NCBI GenBank assembly: GCA_002104895.1
Contig: MCFG01000081.1
Location: 1-64,000, forward strand
DNA length: 64,000 nt
Direction of reading: 5' to 3'
From: Anaeromyces robustus
Taxonomy: Eukaryota
This document shows positions 1 through 12,339 of the stretch, piece by piece. The notes beneath the pieces were generated by a model. That model did no database searches and was not told where the DNA came from. It saw only the letters and a program-made list of their open reading frames with translations. Every line of letters begins with the position of its first letter. Position 1 is the first letter of the stretch. Both the position numbers and the translations under genes were made by a program.

Positions 1-1380
1 TTCAAAACTCAAAACTTAACCTGACCTGATTATAAGTTCATTCTTTCGTTTTCTCCTTAATCGTAACATCCCAATTGGTTCTTAAGCGAAGAATTTTTTT
101 CTTCCCATATTATCGGTATTTTAAATTACTATTCTTCTCCCTTTTAGGTTCTAACAAGGCTAAAACCAAAAAAGCCCAATTTATATTCCATAGAGGATTA
201 TTTTGGAGTCTTGGACACAAATCTATATTATCCTAACACTTGTATCTATTCCATTTCTCGCGAATTTTGGTTCATTCCCTTTTCAACGATTTGTTCTATA
301 GCTCAAATTCGATGTTTCGATAAGTGGGGAAAATCTTCATGTATTATTAAAGATAATAATTATAAATATTCTTACCTATGCCTTATTATTGTTCATTTCA
401 TTGGACTATAGAATCTCATTATCTTAAAAAGAAGAAATTAAAAGGTCTTTCAAAAAAAAAAAAAAACAAGGAAATTAAAATTAAAAAAAAAAAAAGGTAA
501 GTTTTTAATGAGAGACACATTTACGAATAATCCAGTTAAAAATTGCTATTATTTACATTGAATGTATAAATATGGATTATCAAAAGATATACAAGATCTT
601 TCTCTAACTTATCCCTTCCCCTTCCAAAAAAAAAAAGAAAAAAAAGAAAAAAATCAACTTAAGCTCTTCTAGTTTATTAGAGATTTTCAATTTAATTATA
701 AGATGTTACTTAAAAGTAAATCAACACTTTTTTTTTTAATAAAAAAAAACTTTCTTATATGTTTCCCCTGGTTGTGATGAAAAAAAAAAAAAATGCAAAA
801 AATTTTTCTCATTGGATTTTCAATTGTAAGGTAATGTTTTTGAACAAGAAAATAGAAAAATAGAAATACAATTCTTAATAATTACGGTGATGATTTATTC
901 ATTCTTAAAGTTTGCTTTAAACTATTATTAGAAGATAAAATCATTAGAAATTTGTCTGGACTCGGACAAAAATTATAAAAAATAATATATATATATTATT
1001 TGATATATATTATTTTTCACAGTTTCACACTTTCCTTAATGGACAATAGACATTATCCCTTTGAAAAAAACTAAATATGTAAATTTGTGGAACGGATAAC
1101 AGTGACATGACATGAACTACAATATCTTACTTTTCAAAGGTTCATCTGAGTCTCTCCTGTTCCGTTTTTTTTATTGTAGATCTGTCTTATTTTCTTATTG
1201 TTGTTATGTCAAATTATAAATATATCCTCTCGGATTCTTCTCAAATTGGTATAATAACAATAAGAATATTCCGGGCCACTTTAAGGGTATTGATGTCGAA
1301 AAGATAAGGTATGGAATTTATTTCGATACGGATTCGAATGGTATTCCATTCCTTGAATAGGAGAGGTTAAAAGTTTAAAC
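1..1380 (+). mobile_element. Degenerate 3' part of a non-LTR (LINE-like) retrotransposon: post-RT region and decayed zinc knuckle
   Basis: Frameshifted + strand peptides FRFLLNRNIPIG, LLGSNKAKTKKAQFIFHRGLFWSLG (from 141) and SISREFWFIPFSTICSIAQIRCFDKWGKSSCIIK are colinear with the post-RT peptides of the RT remnant at 6960-8345 (FFMNPSIPLAF..PLIGSNQSNTKKIKIFINTGIL..ALSRNLQIPP..KCFKKWK). PGCDE...SHWIFNCK at ~765-830 resembles a decayed CCHC knuckle. The right boundary is approximate. Confidence 0.75.
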
Positions 1381-2749
1381 ATCTTTCCTTTTATATATAT
1401 ATATTATATTATATTACATATAAAAAATAATAATCAAAATACTATTATTTAATCTTTTTTTAATTTGATTAATATCTGTAATAAATTTATTATTTTCTTT
1501 TGTATCTTTTATTTCTTCTATTTACTATCTATTACATATTATATTACATAATTTATATTTCACATGTATGTTTAAATTTAATTTAATTATTATTTTAAAT
1601 AAAAATTAATTTATTATGTATATATTTTAATTTAGACTAGAATTAGATTTTGTTTGACATAATAATAAAAAAAAAAAAAAAACTAATAGATTTCAATTTT
1701 TGGGTGGTCAAATCTAGTGTTTTGATTGTTTTAAGACTGAAAAAGTACAATCTTTAATAAAAAAATTATATATATATATACTATATATTTTATTTTATTT
1801 ATTTATTATTATTTGTTTTAATTATTTTATTATAATTACATGGAATTTTTAAACAGTAATTGTTAAATTATAAGAATTTTGTATAAATTTGAAAAAAAAA
1901 ATTCAAATTTATTAAAATACATTATTATTATCACATTAATGTATATCCAAATATTTACAGAACCAAATTTTTTAATATTATTATTATTTTTTTAACATTA
2001 TCTTTATTTAATACTATCTTTATTATTATTATAGTTATTATTTTTTTTTTTTTTTCAATTTCATTAAATATAAGAAAAAATTAGAGTTAGAGTTATTTAA
2101 TTTAAAATTGTGGCAGTAAAAATCAAAAAAATATTAAATATTAAAAATCCATTACAAAAATATATAAAAAAAAATAAGATACTTTTTTCAATATATATGC
2201 TATTTAATTTCTTTTTTTTTTTTTTTTTCCACAATCTTTTCAATTAAAAAAGTTTAATTAAATTTAAAAAAAAAAGACATAATAATTAAAATCAATAAAT
2301 AAATTATATTTATTTTATATATAATATATAATATATGTATTTATATTTTTATTTTTTTATACTTTATGATTAATGCTTTTTTTACTTATTTTATTTTATT
2401 TTATTTGCTTTTTAATAGATTTAATAAATTAATTATAATTAAACTTTTAATTTTTAATTATTTTTCCCACATCTTTCATATTTTAATTGTTTTAATTGTT
2501 TTACTAATTTATATTTTAATTTTAATTAAAATTAAATTTATTTTTATTTTTTTCTTTTTTTTTTCGTTTTTATCTTTATGTTTATTTAAACTATATAATA
2601 TATATATTTAAATTTTTATATTTTAATTATGTTTTCTTTTTTTTTTCTTTTTTTTTTCTATAGCTTGCTTTCATTTATTAATGATATTTAATTTATTTTT
2701 ATTTAAAAAAAAAACGAAAACAGAAAAATGAATAAAAAAACTTAAAATG

Positions 2750-3698
2750 AGATTTATACTTCTTTTAAAATTAAAATTAAAATTTTATAGGAAATCAAAT
2801 AAAATAAAAATAATAATAAAACAAGTTTTTTTTTTATTGATTATAAATTAATATTTATTCAGTTTTTTTTTTAATTAAAAAATAAAATAAAAAAACATTA
2901 AATAAACTTTCTTTAATATTATTGATTTAATATATTTTTATTTTATTATTGCAATTTTTTTTTTTTTAAAAAATAAGTTATGTATATTTTAAAATGAATA
3001 ACTATAAAATAACATTATGGAACAAAAATAATATGTAGATACATATAACAAACTAAATTTAATTATTATATATATTATATATTATATATGTATCGAATTC
3101 TATAATTATATTATTAAATTATTAAGATATGCATAATAAAAGGATTAAGATTAATCTTAACATTTAATAAAAAGGCTAAGAAAGTTTAAAAATATTTTTG
3201 CTTTTTTTTTTTTTTAGACAAGATTTATACTTTTTATAAAATTAAAATTAAATTTTATAGGATAAATTCTACTTTTATTAAAAAAAAATGATGAAATCAA
3301 ATAAAATAAAACAATAATAAAACAAAAGTTTTTTTTTTTTTTTTTAAATGATTATTAAATTAATATTTATTCAGTTTTTTTTTTAATTAAAAAATAAAAT
3401 AAAAAACATTAAATAAACTTTCTTTAATATTTTTGATTTAATATGTTTTTATTTTATTATTGCAATTTTTTTTTTTTTTAAAAAAAAGTATATGTATATT
3501 TTAAAATGAATAACTATAAAATAACATTATGGAACAAAAATAATATGTAGATACATATAACAAACTAAATTTAATTATTATATATATTATATATGTATCA
3601 AATTCTATAATTATATTATTAAAATATGCATAATAAAAGGATTAAGATTAATCTTAACATTTAATAAAAAGGCTAAGAAAGTTTAAAAATATTTTTGC

Positions 3699-3725
<27 letters not shown>
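2750..3725. repeat. Tandem duplication of a ~470-500 bp non-coding unit (about 2750-3215 and 3221-3725)
   Basis: Both copies contain agatttatact...aaattttatagg, ataacattatggaacaaaaataatatgtagatacatataacaaac and aaaaggctaagaaagtttaaaaatatttttgc in the same order, with small indels. Confidence 0.9.
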
Positions 3726-3731
<6 letters not shown>

Positions 3732-6064
3732 AAATAATTATTAAAATTTTAAAATATATAATATATATATATATTTTATATAATAAAAGTGGCATAACAT
3801 TATATTACAATAGATGATGAATACTATTTTTTTTTAATAAATATATAATAATAATATATATATATATATTTTTAATTCAATTATTATCCATTTTTTTATC
3901 CATTATCTCGATATTTATTATTCATTCTTTATATTATTTAAATATTCTATTTTATTCATTTATTCATATATTTATAGTTCATTCATTTCATATTCATTTG
4001 CTTATTATTTATTAAAAGGTTTAAAATGAATAAATCATCATTTTTTATTTTATTTTATTTATTTTATTCTCTATTCTAATAATTATTATTAAGTTGAATT
4101 TTTTTTTTTTCATTTTCATTTTTTTATTTATTTTTCATAAGATATTTTTTTGTTTAAAAATACAAAATTTTGTAAATAATAAACTTTTATATTAAACTAC
4201 AATGTTAACTTTAATTAAATAGTGAAATTATTAACTTTGTCGATCCAAAAACTCAAAAAAATATTTTGTTACAATTTATATATTTAGAATAAATGAAATT
4301 AGTTTCAAATATTAAATACTAAAATATATATATAATTATTATTAAAATAACCTATATTCATTATTATTTATTATTATTTTTATTAAATATTCATGAATTA
4401 TATATATAAACTGATAATCAAATAATATTTATTAAAAAAAATTGTTTAACTGATTCATTTAAGTTATATATATACAAGATATATAAATTTGTAAGGAGTT
4501 AAATGAATGTATCTATTCCTGATAATATTAGAAATTTAAAAGTTTAAAGGATTTATATTATTTGTAAATATATAATATATGTTATGAAAAAAAAAAAAAA
4601 ACATTATATAAGTAATAGTTTTTTCATATAAAATAGCTTATTATTTATTTATTTATTTACTTATTTGTTATTTTTATTCTAACAATTAATTTATTTAAGA
4701 GGTAATCAATTAGCTGATTCAGTTTCTTCTTTATTTTAGAAAAATGGCAAACTTTATGAAGTATATATAAGTTTATACTTCTTAAAAGAAAGGAGAGAAA
4801 AAAAGATCAAAAAATATACTTTATCCTAATTAATAATTGTTTTTATCTTGTTAAAAAAATAATTCTATTTTCTATTTCTGAGGGTATTAATAAAATTTTT
4901 GTTGTTGGCTAAATGTTAGGATGGATTTTCATGTGTAAGAAATATTAAGTGTTCAAAATAAAATCAAAATAATAATAATATAATAATAACCAAAATAATA
5001 AATTCAAGTAATGGTGATAAATCTAGCTATTAATAAACTATAACAATAAGATATATTATTATATATCATTTATAGTAATCGAGAATATATATATATGTAT
5101 AAAGAAAAAATTAAAGTTAATATATTAATACTCATAACATATATTATGAAAATTAATGATTATTCTCATATAAAAGATTAGCAATTAGTTATATAAAGTA
5201 TACGTCAAAGGAATCAAAGAAATCAAACACTTCTCATGTATTATTCATTGTAAATTTATTTATTTTATTATTGAATAATTAATTCACAAGAAAAAAAAAA
5301 GTTTCGGCTGAACCTCAAGAATAATACTTATTTATTACTATTATTTTTTTTATTATTGTTTTTTTTATAATTATTTATTTATTTATTTACTTATTTAATT
5401 ATTATAATTTTTTTTGGTTCTTAATTAACACACATAAAATAGATTATCATTATTTCCTTTTCCTCCTCTTTCTTTAATTTCGATTTTCAATCACTCGAGT
5501 AAAAAAAAAAAAAAGAAAAAAAAAGAAGCTTTCCTATCGAATCTTTAAAAAAGAATTCTTTAATTAATTTTCATAATATAAACATATATATTTAAAAAAA
5601 TTTTTTTTTTTTTTTTTTATTTTTTCTCAGTCAAGTTGTTATTCATTCATAATAAAAGTTATTGATTCATCTTAACAAAATAAACTATACGTATTTCTAT
5701 AGTATATTTTGTTTTAATTTTTATCTTTCATTATATCAATATACATAAATAAAAATAATATAAAAAAAGTATTTAAAATTCATAAATATATTAATATATT
5801 TATAAATCCATTTAAATAAGAAACTTTTTTTTTTATATTATTTTCATTTAAACTATTTTAATTATTTAATAATTTACATTTATATTAATAATTAATTATT
5901 TATTTAATTATTTATTTTTTTTTTATATTTCATTATATTATATATGTATGATTTATTTTTATGTATTATCAATAAAAAGAATCTTTTTTTATTGTTATTA
6001 ACTAATAGTATTTTTTTTTTTAAAAAAAATGATAAAACAAAAAAACTCTTTTTATGTTAACACT

Positions 6065-6377
6065 CATAATGGGACAGCCTAGTAGAGCAAATGCCGATTC
6101 TATTATCGACTCAAGTGGAATAGGTTAGATCAATTTTACTTTAATTCTATATATAGAATTATGGGCTAGTATGGATTTATTGTTTTTACATATTATTATA
6201 CTATTTTTTTCCCTCTGGTATTATTCATTATTACCTATAATGTTTAAACTGGTTTTTTATTTTTTTTTAGTATCATTTTTTTTATTATGTGTTTTTTTTT
6301 TTTTTTTTATGATTTATGTATATTAATATTTAAATTCAATAAAGATAATGTACGAATTGTGTGTTATAAAAAAAAAA
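6065..6377 (+). mobile_element. 5'-truncated non-LTR retroposon 3' end, copy A (longest)
   Basis: Ends ...aatgtacgaattgtgtgttat plus poly(A). Flanked by direct repeat TTAACACT (6057-6064 and 6378-6385). Region 6211-6367 aligns with the reverse complement of 62537-62683. Confidence 0.8.
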
Positions 6378-6959
6378 TTAACACTGAAGTCAACTTTATG
6401 AATTAATTGTTTACCAATATTAATATATAAATATTTTTTTAATTCTTTTTTTTTTAATATTTTAATGATAAAGTAAATTACTAAATAGAATTTTTTTTTC
6501 AGTTTTAGTATATTATAAGAAATCAAAGAGGATAAAAATAAAATTGATAATTATATAAAAATTTTTTTTAATGTTTTTTTTTTTCAAAGAAAAAATGTGC
6601 TGCTCATTCTCTATCATAAACTATTATAAAAGTATTAAAATTTATATCAAATGAAAAAAAAAAAATTCTTTTTTTCTTTTTTTAGACTAAAGGAAGAGAG
6701 TAACACTTCTATGTTTTATTTATTTATTTATTTATTATATAGATAATTATTAAATACATTTAGATGTAATACATATAATAAAATTAGATGAAAAATAAAA
6801 AAAAAAAAAAATTAAAAGAAAATTTTATCTAAAAAATTTATAGTATATATTTGATATAAAGAAAAATATAATAAAATTCTGAAATTATAATAATTTCAGA
6901 AATTTAACTGCCCAAAAAAGAGAATTTATTAATTTTTTTTTATAGTGTAAAATAAGATC

Positions 6960-8345
6960 TTTAATAATATAATATGAAAATTTCCATTTTTTGAAGCACT
7001 TAAAACTTGTCTAGTAGTACAAGCTCCAGCGCTAGGAGGTATCTGAAGGTTTCGAGAGAGAGCATAAGTATTCATAGTAGGTTTCAAACATAGTTAAACT
7101 TTTTATCCAAAGAGATATCATTTATATTCTTATGTAATGATTTCTTGCTATTAAAAGAGTCGATACATCAAAGTATACCAGTATTAATAAAGATTTTAAT
7201 TTTCTTTGTATTTGATTGATTAGAGCCAATAAGAGGAGTATAGTATAGAGGTTTACTGATGACATAAGACTCTAAAACCTTCTTTTTAAAGGCTAAAGGA
7301 ATGCTAGGGTTCATAAAAAAGTTAGAAAGAGAATATAAAGATTTATTTGTACAATTATACATTTTATCAATAATAGGTTTTAAAGATAAATTATTAGAAA
7401 AAAGAATTCCAAGATAGGTGCAACATGAGAGATTTTAAGAATTGAATAAATATTAAGATAAAAAATAGGTTCTAGATAGTTAGGAAGTTTCGTAAGAAAT
7501 TTTGGTTTGACTACCATAGTAACACATTTTTGAATACCAAATAGCATTTCATTATGATCAGCCTATATTAATACTCTTCGTAAAATTTTTTGTAATTTTT
7601 TTTTTTTTTTCAGAAAGCGCTATAAAGACGATATCATCAGCAAATAAACCATCTCAGCAGGCAGTATTTATGACCAATTTTAACACCAAGATTTTCACAG
7701 TTATTCAAAAATATTATTAATAAAAAGATTAAAAAGAATCGGAGAGAAAAAGTGACAGCTTTGTCGAACACTTTAATTTTTAATAAAAAAATCTTCGGAT
7801 AATATATCGAGAAAAAGAACCAATGAGAAAAATTTTACATTTTTTCACTATAGTAAGGGCAACATGTAATAAAGTTTTCAAGTATTAATTTACCTTGTAG
7901 TTAAATTAAAAAGTAAAAGTTAGAAAGAAAGTCAAAGTTTTTTCCTCGGATACCAAGATGGAAGAGTTTTGACAAAATATTAAAAACGGATATAGAATCT
8001 TAAGCTTTTTAAATATCAAGAAAAGCAATATATGTAAATTTACCATCCTGGAATTTTCTATGACAAATTTCACGGATAGAGATGTATAGACTAATACATT
8101 CCTCATGATTTCGAAAACCAAATTGTTTAAGCCTAATAAAATTTGTGGGTATAAGCGTAGAGCGTAGCTTGATATACGATCAATAACAATAATAATTTTG
8201 GAAATAATTTTAAGCTAAATATTAATTAAAGAAATGCCACAGTAATTATTACAGTCAGTAGGATTACCTTTTTTATATATAGAAACATAAAAACTGTGTT
8301 TCAATTATGAAGGAAAGAGCCATCCCAAATTTTATTAAAGATAAT
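6960..8345 (-). mobile_element. Decayed LINE-type reverse transcriptase (pseudo-ORF2)
   Basis: Minus-strand motifs occur in the correct order despite stops and frameshifts: FNKIWDG, IYKKGNPTDCNNYCGISLIN (~8220-8280), VRQSC..SPILFNLFIN (~7720-7770), GLFADDIVF (FADD at 7633-7644), TYLGILFSNNLSL (~7381-7420), then the post-RT region. Confidence 0.92.
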
Positions 8346-8597
8346 TTCTAGACATTAAAAAAAAAAAAAATAAAACTAAAAAGAAATAAAAATTAATTAG
8401 AAATGAATACAATTTTTATTTTAAAGGATAAAAATATACTTTTGTTTAATTGTTTGATTTTTAAGTGATAGAAATATTTAAATAAATAATAATATTATAA
8501 TATTGATTATTTCAAAGTTCTTTTTATTTATTTTTTAAAAATTTATTAATTTGAAAGAAAGATCTTTATCATACCAATTCAATTTAAATATAACATA

Positions 8598-8628
<31 letters not shown>

Positions 8629-10680
8629 GCTTAATCTGGGTATGCTTCTTTAATCTTCCTTAATGTGAAATATTAAACCCACTCCTTAATAATTAGGTGG
8701 TAATACGTCCCATATTGGACTACCATACTGAATGTCAGATTCGGCTTTCCAAATTGCTGAATTTATATCAGTGAGCCTCACATTATCGGTGCCCGACATA
8801 CCTAAAAAAAAAAAAAAAAAAAAAAAAAGAAATACAAAATAACCAATTATATAATAAAGCAATGATAATAAAATTTCATCGATTTAACTTTCATATAATT
8901 TTAAATTTATATTAAATAATAATTTTTATTAAAGGATCTTTAACTGTTAAAATTGAGTCATAAAGTAATCAAAAAGATATAAGTTAATTACATAATAGTA
9001 ATATATAATAATATAATAATATATAAATATTAAATAATATATAATGCTACTCTACTATTAAATATATATAAAGTGAATAATGTATGGATATTAATACAAA
9101 CTTTAATAATATGTAATATAAAATAAGAATATTATCATATTTATATTTGATAATATATATAATATATTACATTTTTTTTAGTTTTATTGATAGACTTGTT
9201 ATTAATAATAAGTAGTTCTTCAACCCTTAACATTTATCAATAATCACAGGCTCTGGATAACAAGTGAAATGCTACTACTATTATATATAAAAATATTACT
9301 TAAATTATATTAGGATTAGCATTATTATCTAAATTATTTACTTTTGTTAGTTTTATTTTTGTAAAGTTTTATTGTTAATACTTTATTATTAAGTATTAAT
9401 AGTAATTAATGTTTTAAAAGTTTTACTATCAATATTTATAATAGTTATTACTATTTCCAAAGGGTGTGAGTTAATGTAATATAATATTATTAATAGTTTT
9501 TACTGATTTATTATAAATTTAATATTTAGTATAGTAAAAAAAAAAAAAAAAACAGTTAAAATATTAAATACAACTGATATAATACTTTAATTGTATTTAT
9601 TCATAAAAAAAAATTTTTTTTAATTGTGGTTAAGTACAATTATTTAATTAAAAAAACAACTTCGTTCATTATTTATACTTAGACATAATTAATTATTATT
9701 GAAAAAGGAATGATTCTTATCATTATGTTTATATATTTATATTTATATATTTATATTATTTTTAATTATTACTCATTAAACATTAATAATTCATGAATTT
9801 TTTTAAGATAATTTCAGTATATATATTTATTGATATTGATATTGATATTGATATTAATATAAAAATTAAATATATAATATTATTATAAAAATGTGTTTAG
9901 ACACACTTTATCTATAATCTTTATTATATAAATCTTTAAAGAAATATTATTGACCGATTTTTTTTTTTTTTTTTTTTCCGGGTCATCATATGTAAATACC
10001 ATTTGTTTATTTATATTTTTTCCTTAATGGAAAAATAAATAAATAAATGCTGGTTAAAATATCTTTTTTTTTCTTATTTCATGTTATTTATATATAATGA
10101 AATATATAGGAAAATATTGGTATTTTTTCATAATTATCAATATAGACTTTTATCATTTTCATTTTTTACTTTATATTCTTATATTATCATTAAAATCTTT
10201 GGAATACTTTTTTTTACCTTTTCAGTGTCACTGCCCTTATTAGGAGAACAATTTATTTTCTTTAGAATACTCTAAACAGTGATTTCCCTATTTAATAATG
10301 TTGTTAACATTATTTCAATATTAAAAATTAGAAATAAAAAATACTTAATAACTTTTATTTATATTTTTTATTACCTATTTTACTATTAAAGAATAATGAA
10401 AAAGATAAATGGCGTAATAAAACAAATTTAACAGAACTATCCAACATATGAAAAAATTTTTTATATTTAGTTTTTAAATATTAAAATATAAGAAATATAT
10501 AAGATTGTTACTTTATTTCGTGTTCATAATAAGTTTCTAATATACTTATATATACATATAACATATCTTTTTATTATAAATATAATGGTGTTTCTTGTAA
10601 AAAAATAAATAGAATTACAATGGGATTTCTAATAAAATGGTGTTTATAATAATAAGTAACAGAGTAAATAATTAATAATT

Positions 10681-10815
<135 letters not shown>

Positions 10816-12304
10816 ATATTAATGAATAGTAAATTAATAAATACATCAATAAATCAATTTATTGATTAAATCTATAAATCTATGAATCAAATCATTAAAT
10901 AAGTAAATCAATCAATTAATAAATAAATTAAAAAATAAATGATATGGGAAATTTTAAATATTATTAATATGAAAGTAAAATAATGGAAAAAGGAACAATA
11001 TTTTATAAATACAATAAGCTTTTTTTTTTTTTTTTCATTTATGATATTATTTTTTTATGAATATAAGGTTATGAGATGATTTTTGTTATTTTGAATAATA
11101 AAATATCATAATCATAATATTATCATGATATTACAATAAATCATAAATCAAAAGTCATAAAAAAAAAAATCATTATAATTATAAATAAAATTATGCATTA
11201 ATTAATATCATTAACAATAAATAATAATTATAACAATGATATATGACATTTATGTTAATATATTAATAATATAATTATAAACTAATTTATCATTATTAAC
11301 TATTGAATAATTATATTAAATACATTATACATAAATAGAAAAAAAAAATTTTTTTTAATAAAAATATAGAAATATAATTAATGACTGATTATAGAAAACA
11401 TGACTGATATATTAAAAAAAAAAAAAAGAAAAAAAATAAAGAAAAAAAAAGATTAAAAAAATAAACTGAGAATTAATATTTAATTATTAATGAAACATAT
11501 ATAATTAAATGTATAATTTAAATGTTAAACATATGTAAATATATATATATGTTATATATATTTTATATATAAATATTTTTTTTTATATTTTAAGGATATA
11601 AAAAAAAATATACGAGGGAATGGTTTGGGCTGCATGGAAAAATGGGAGATTATAAGTTTCCACCTTTTTTTTTTTTTATTTGTTTATTTTCTATAATATG
11701 GAAATATATGTTATAACATTGTTTATATTATTAATCATAATCTGAACAAATAATATATTTTTATTTTTATTTTTTGAACACATTTTTACTTTTTTTAGTT
11801 TTTATGTATATGTATATATTAATACATTTATTATTATTGTATATATATTATATATAATTATTTTTTTTTAATTTAAATATTACATATATTATTTTTATTA
11901 TTTAATTTGACTCTAAAGTATTGACTACAATAAGCATTTGATACATTATATATTAGTTGTTTATATATAAAATCAAATAAAATATATCAAATATTATATA
12001 TGAAAAATTGTATCATCTTCTTTAAGTTTTTAACTTTAATTTTTTTTTTTTTTTGACTTTTTTAATTATTTTATTTTTAAATTATCAATAAATTTTTTCG
12101 ATTTTCTAAAATTTGCTTATGATTTCTTAAAGTAGAATACAATAATAATGGCATACAATAATAATAATAATCATATATAATATTGTTGTGTTATTAAAGC
12201 CCTTTATTATTTATTATTTATTATTATTTTTTTATCTTTGTCATTAAACTTCATATTGAGTATAGAAATCTATCCCTATTATTATGTCACCCATGTATTG
12301 AACT

Positions 12305-12339
<35 letters not shown>

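Noticed and set aside
6069..6128. Short ORF MGQPSRANADSIIDSSGIG* as an independent gene or ncRNA
   Set aside because: Lies inside the TSD-bounded retroposon copy A, so it is probably the end of the element's ORF or UTR.
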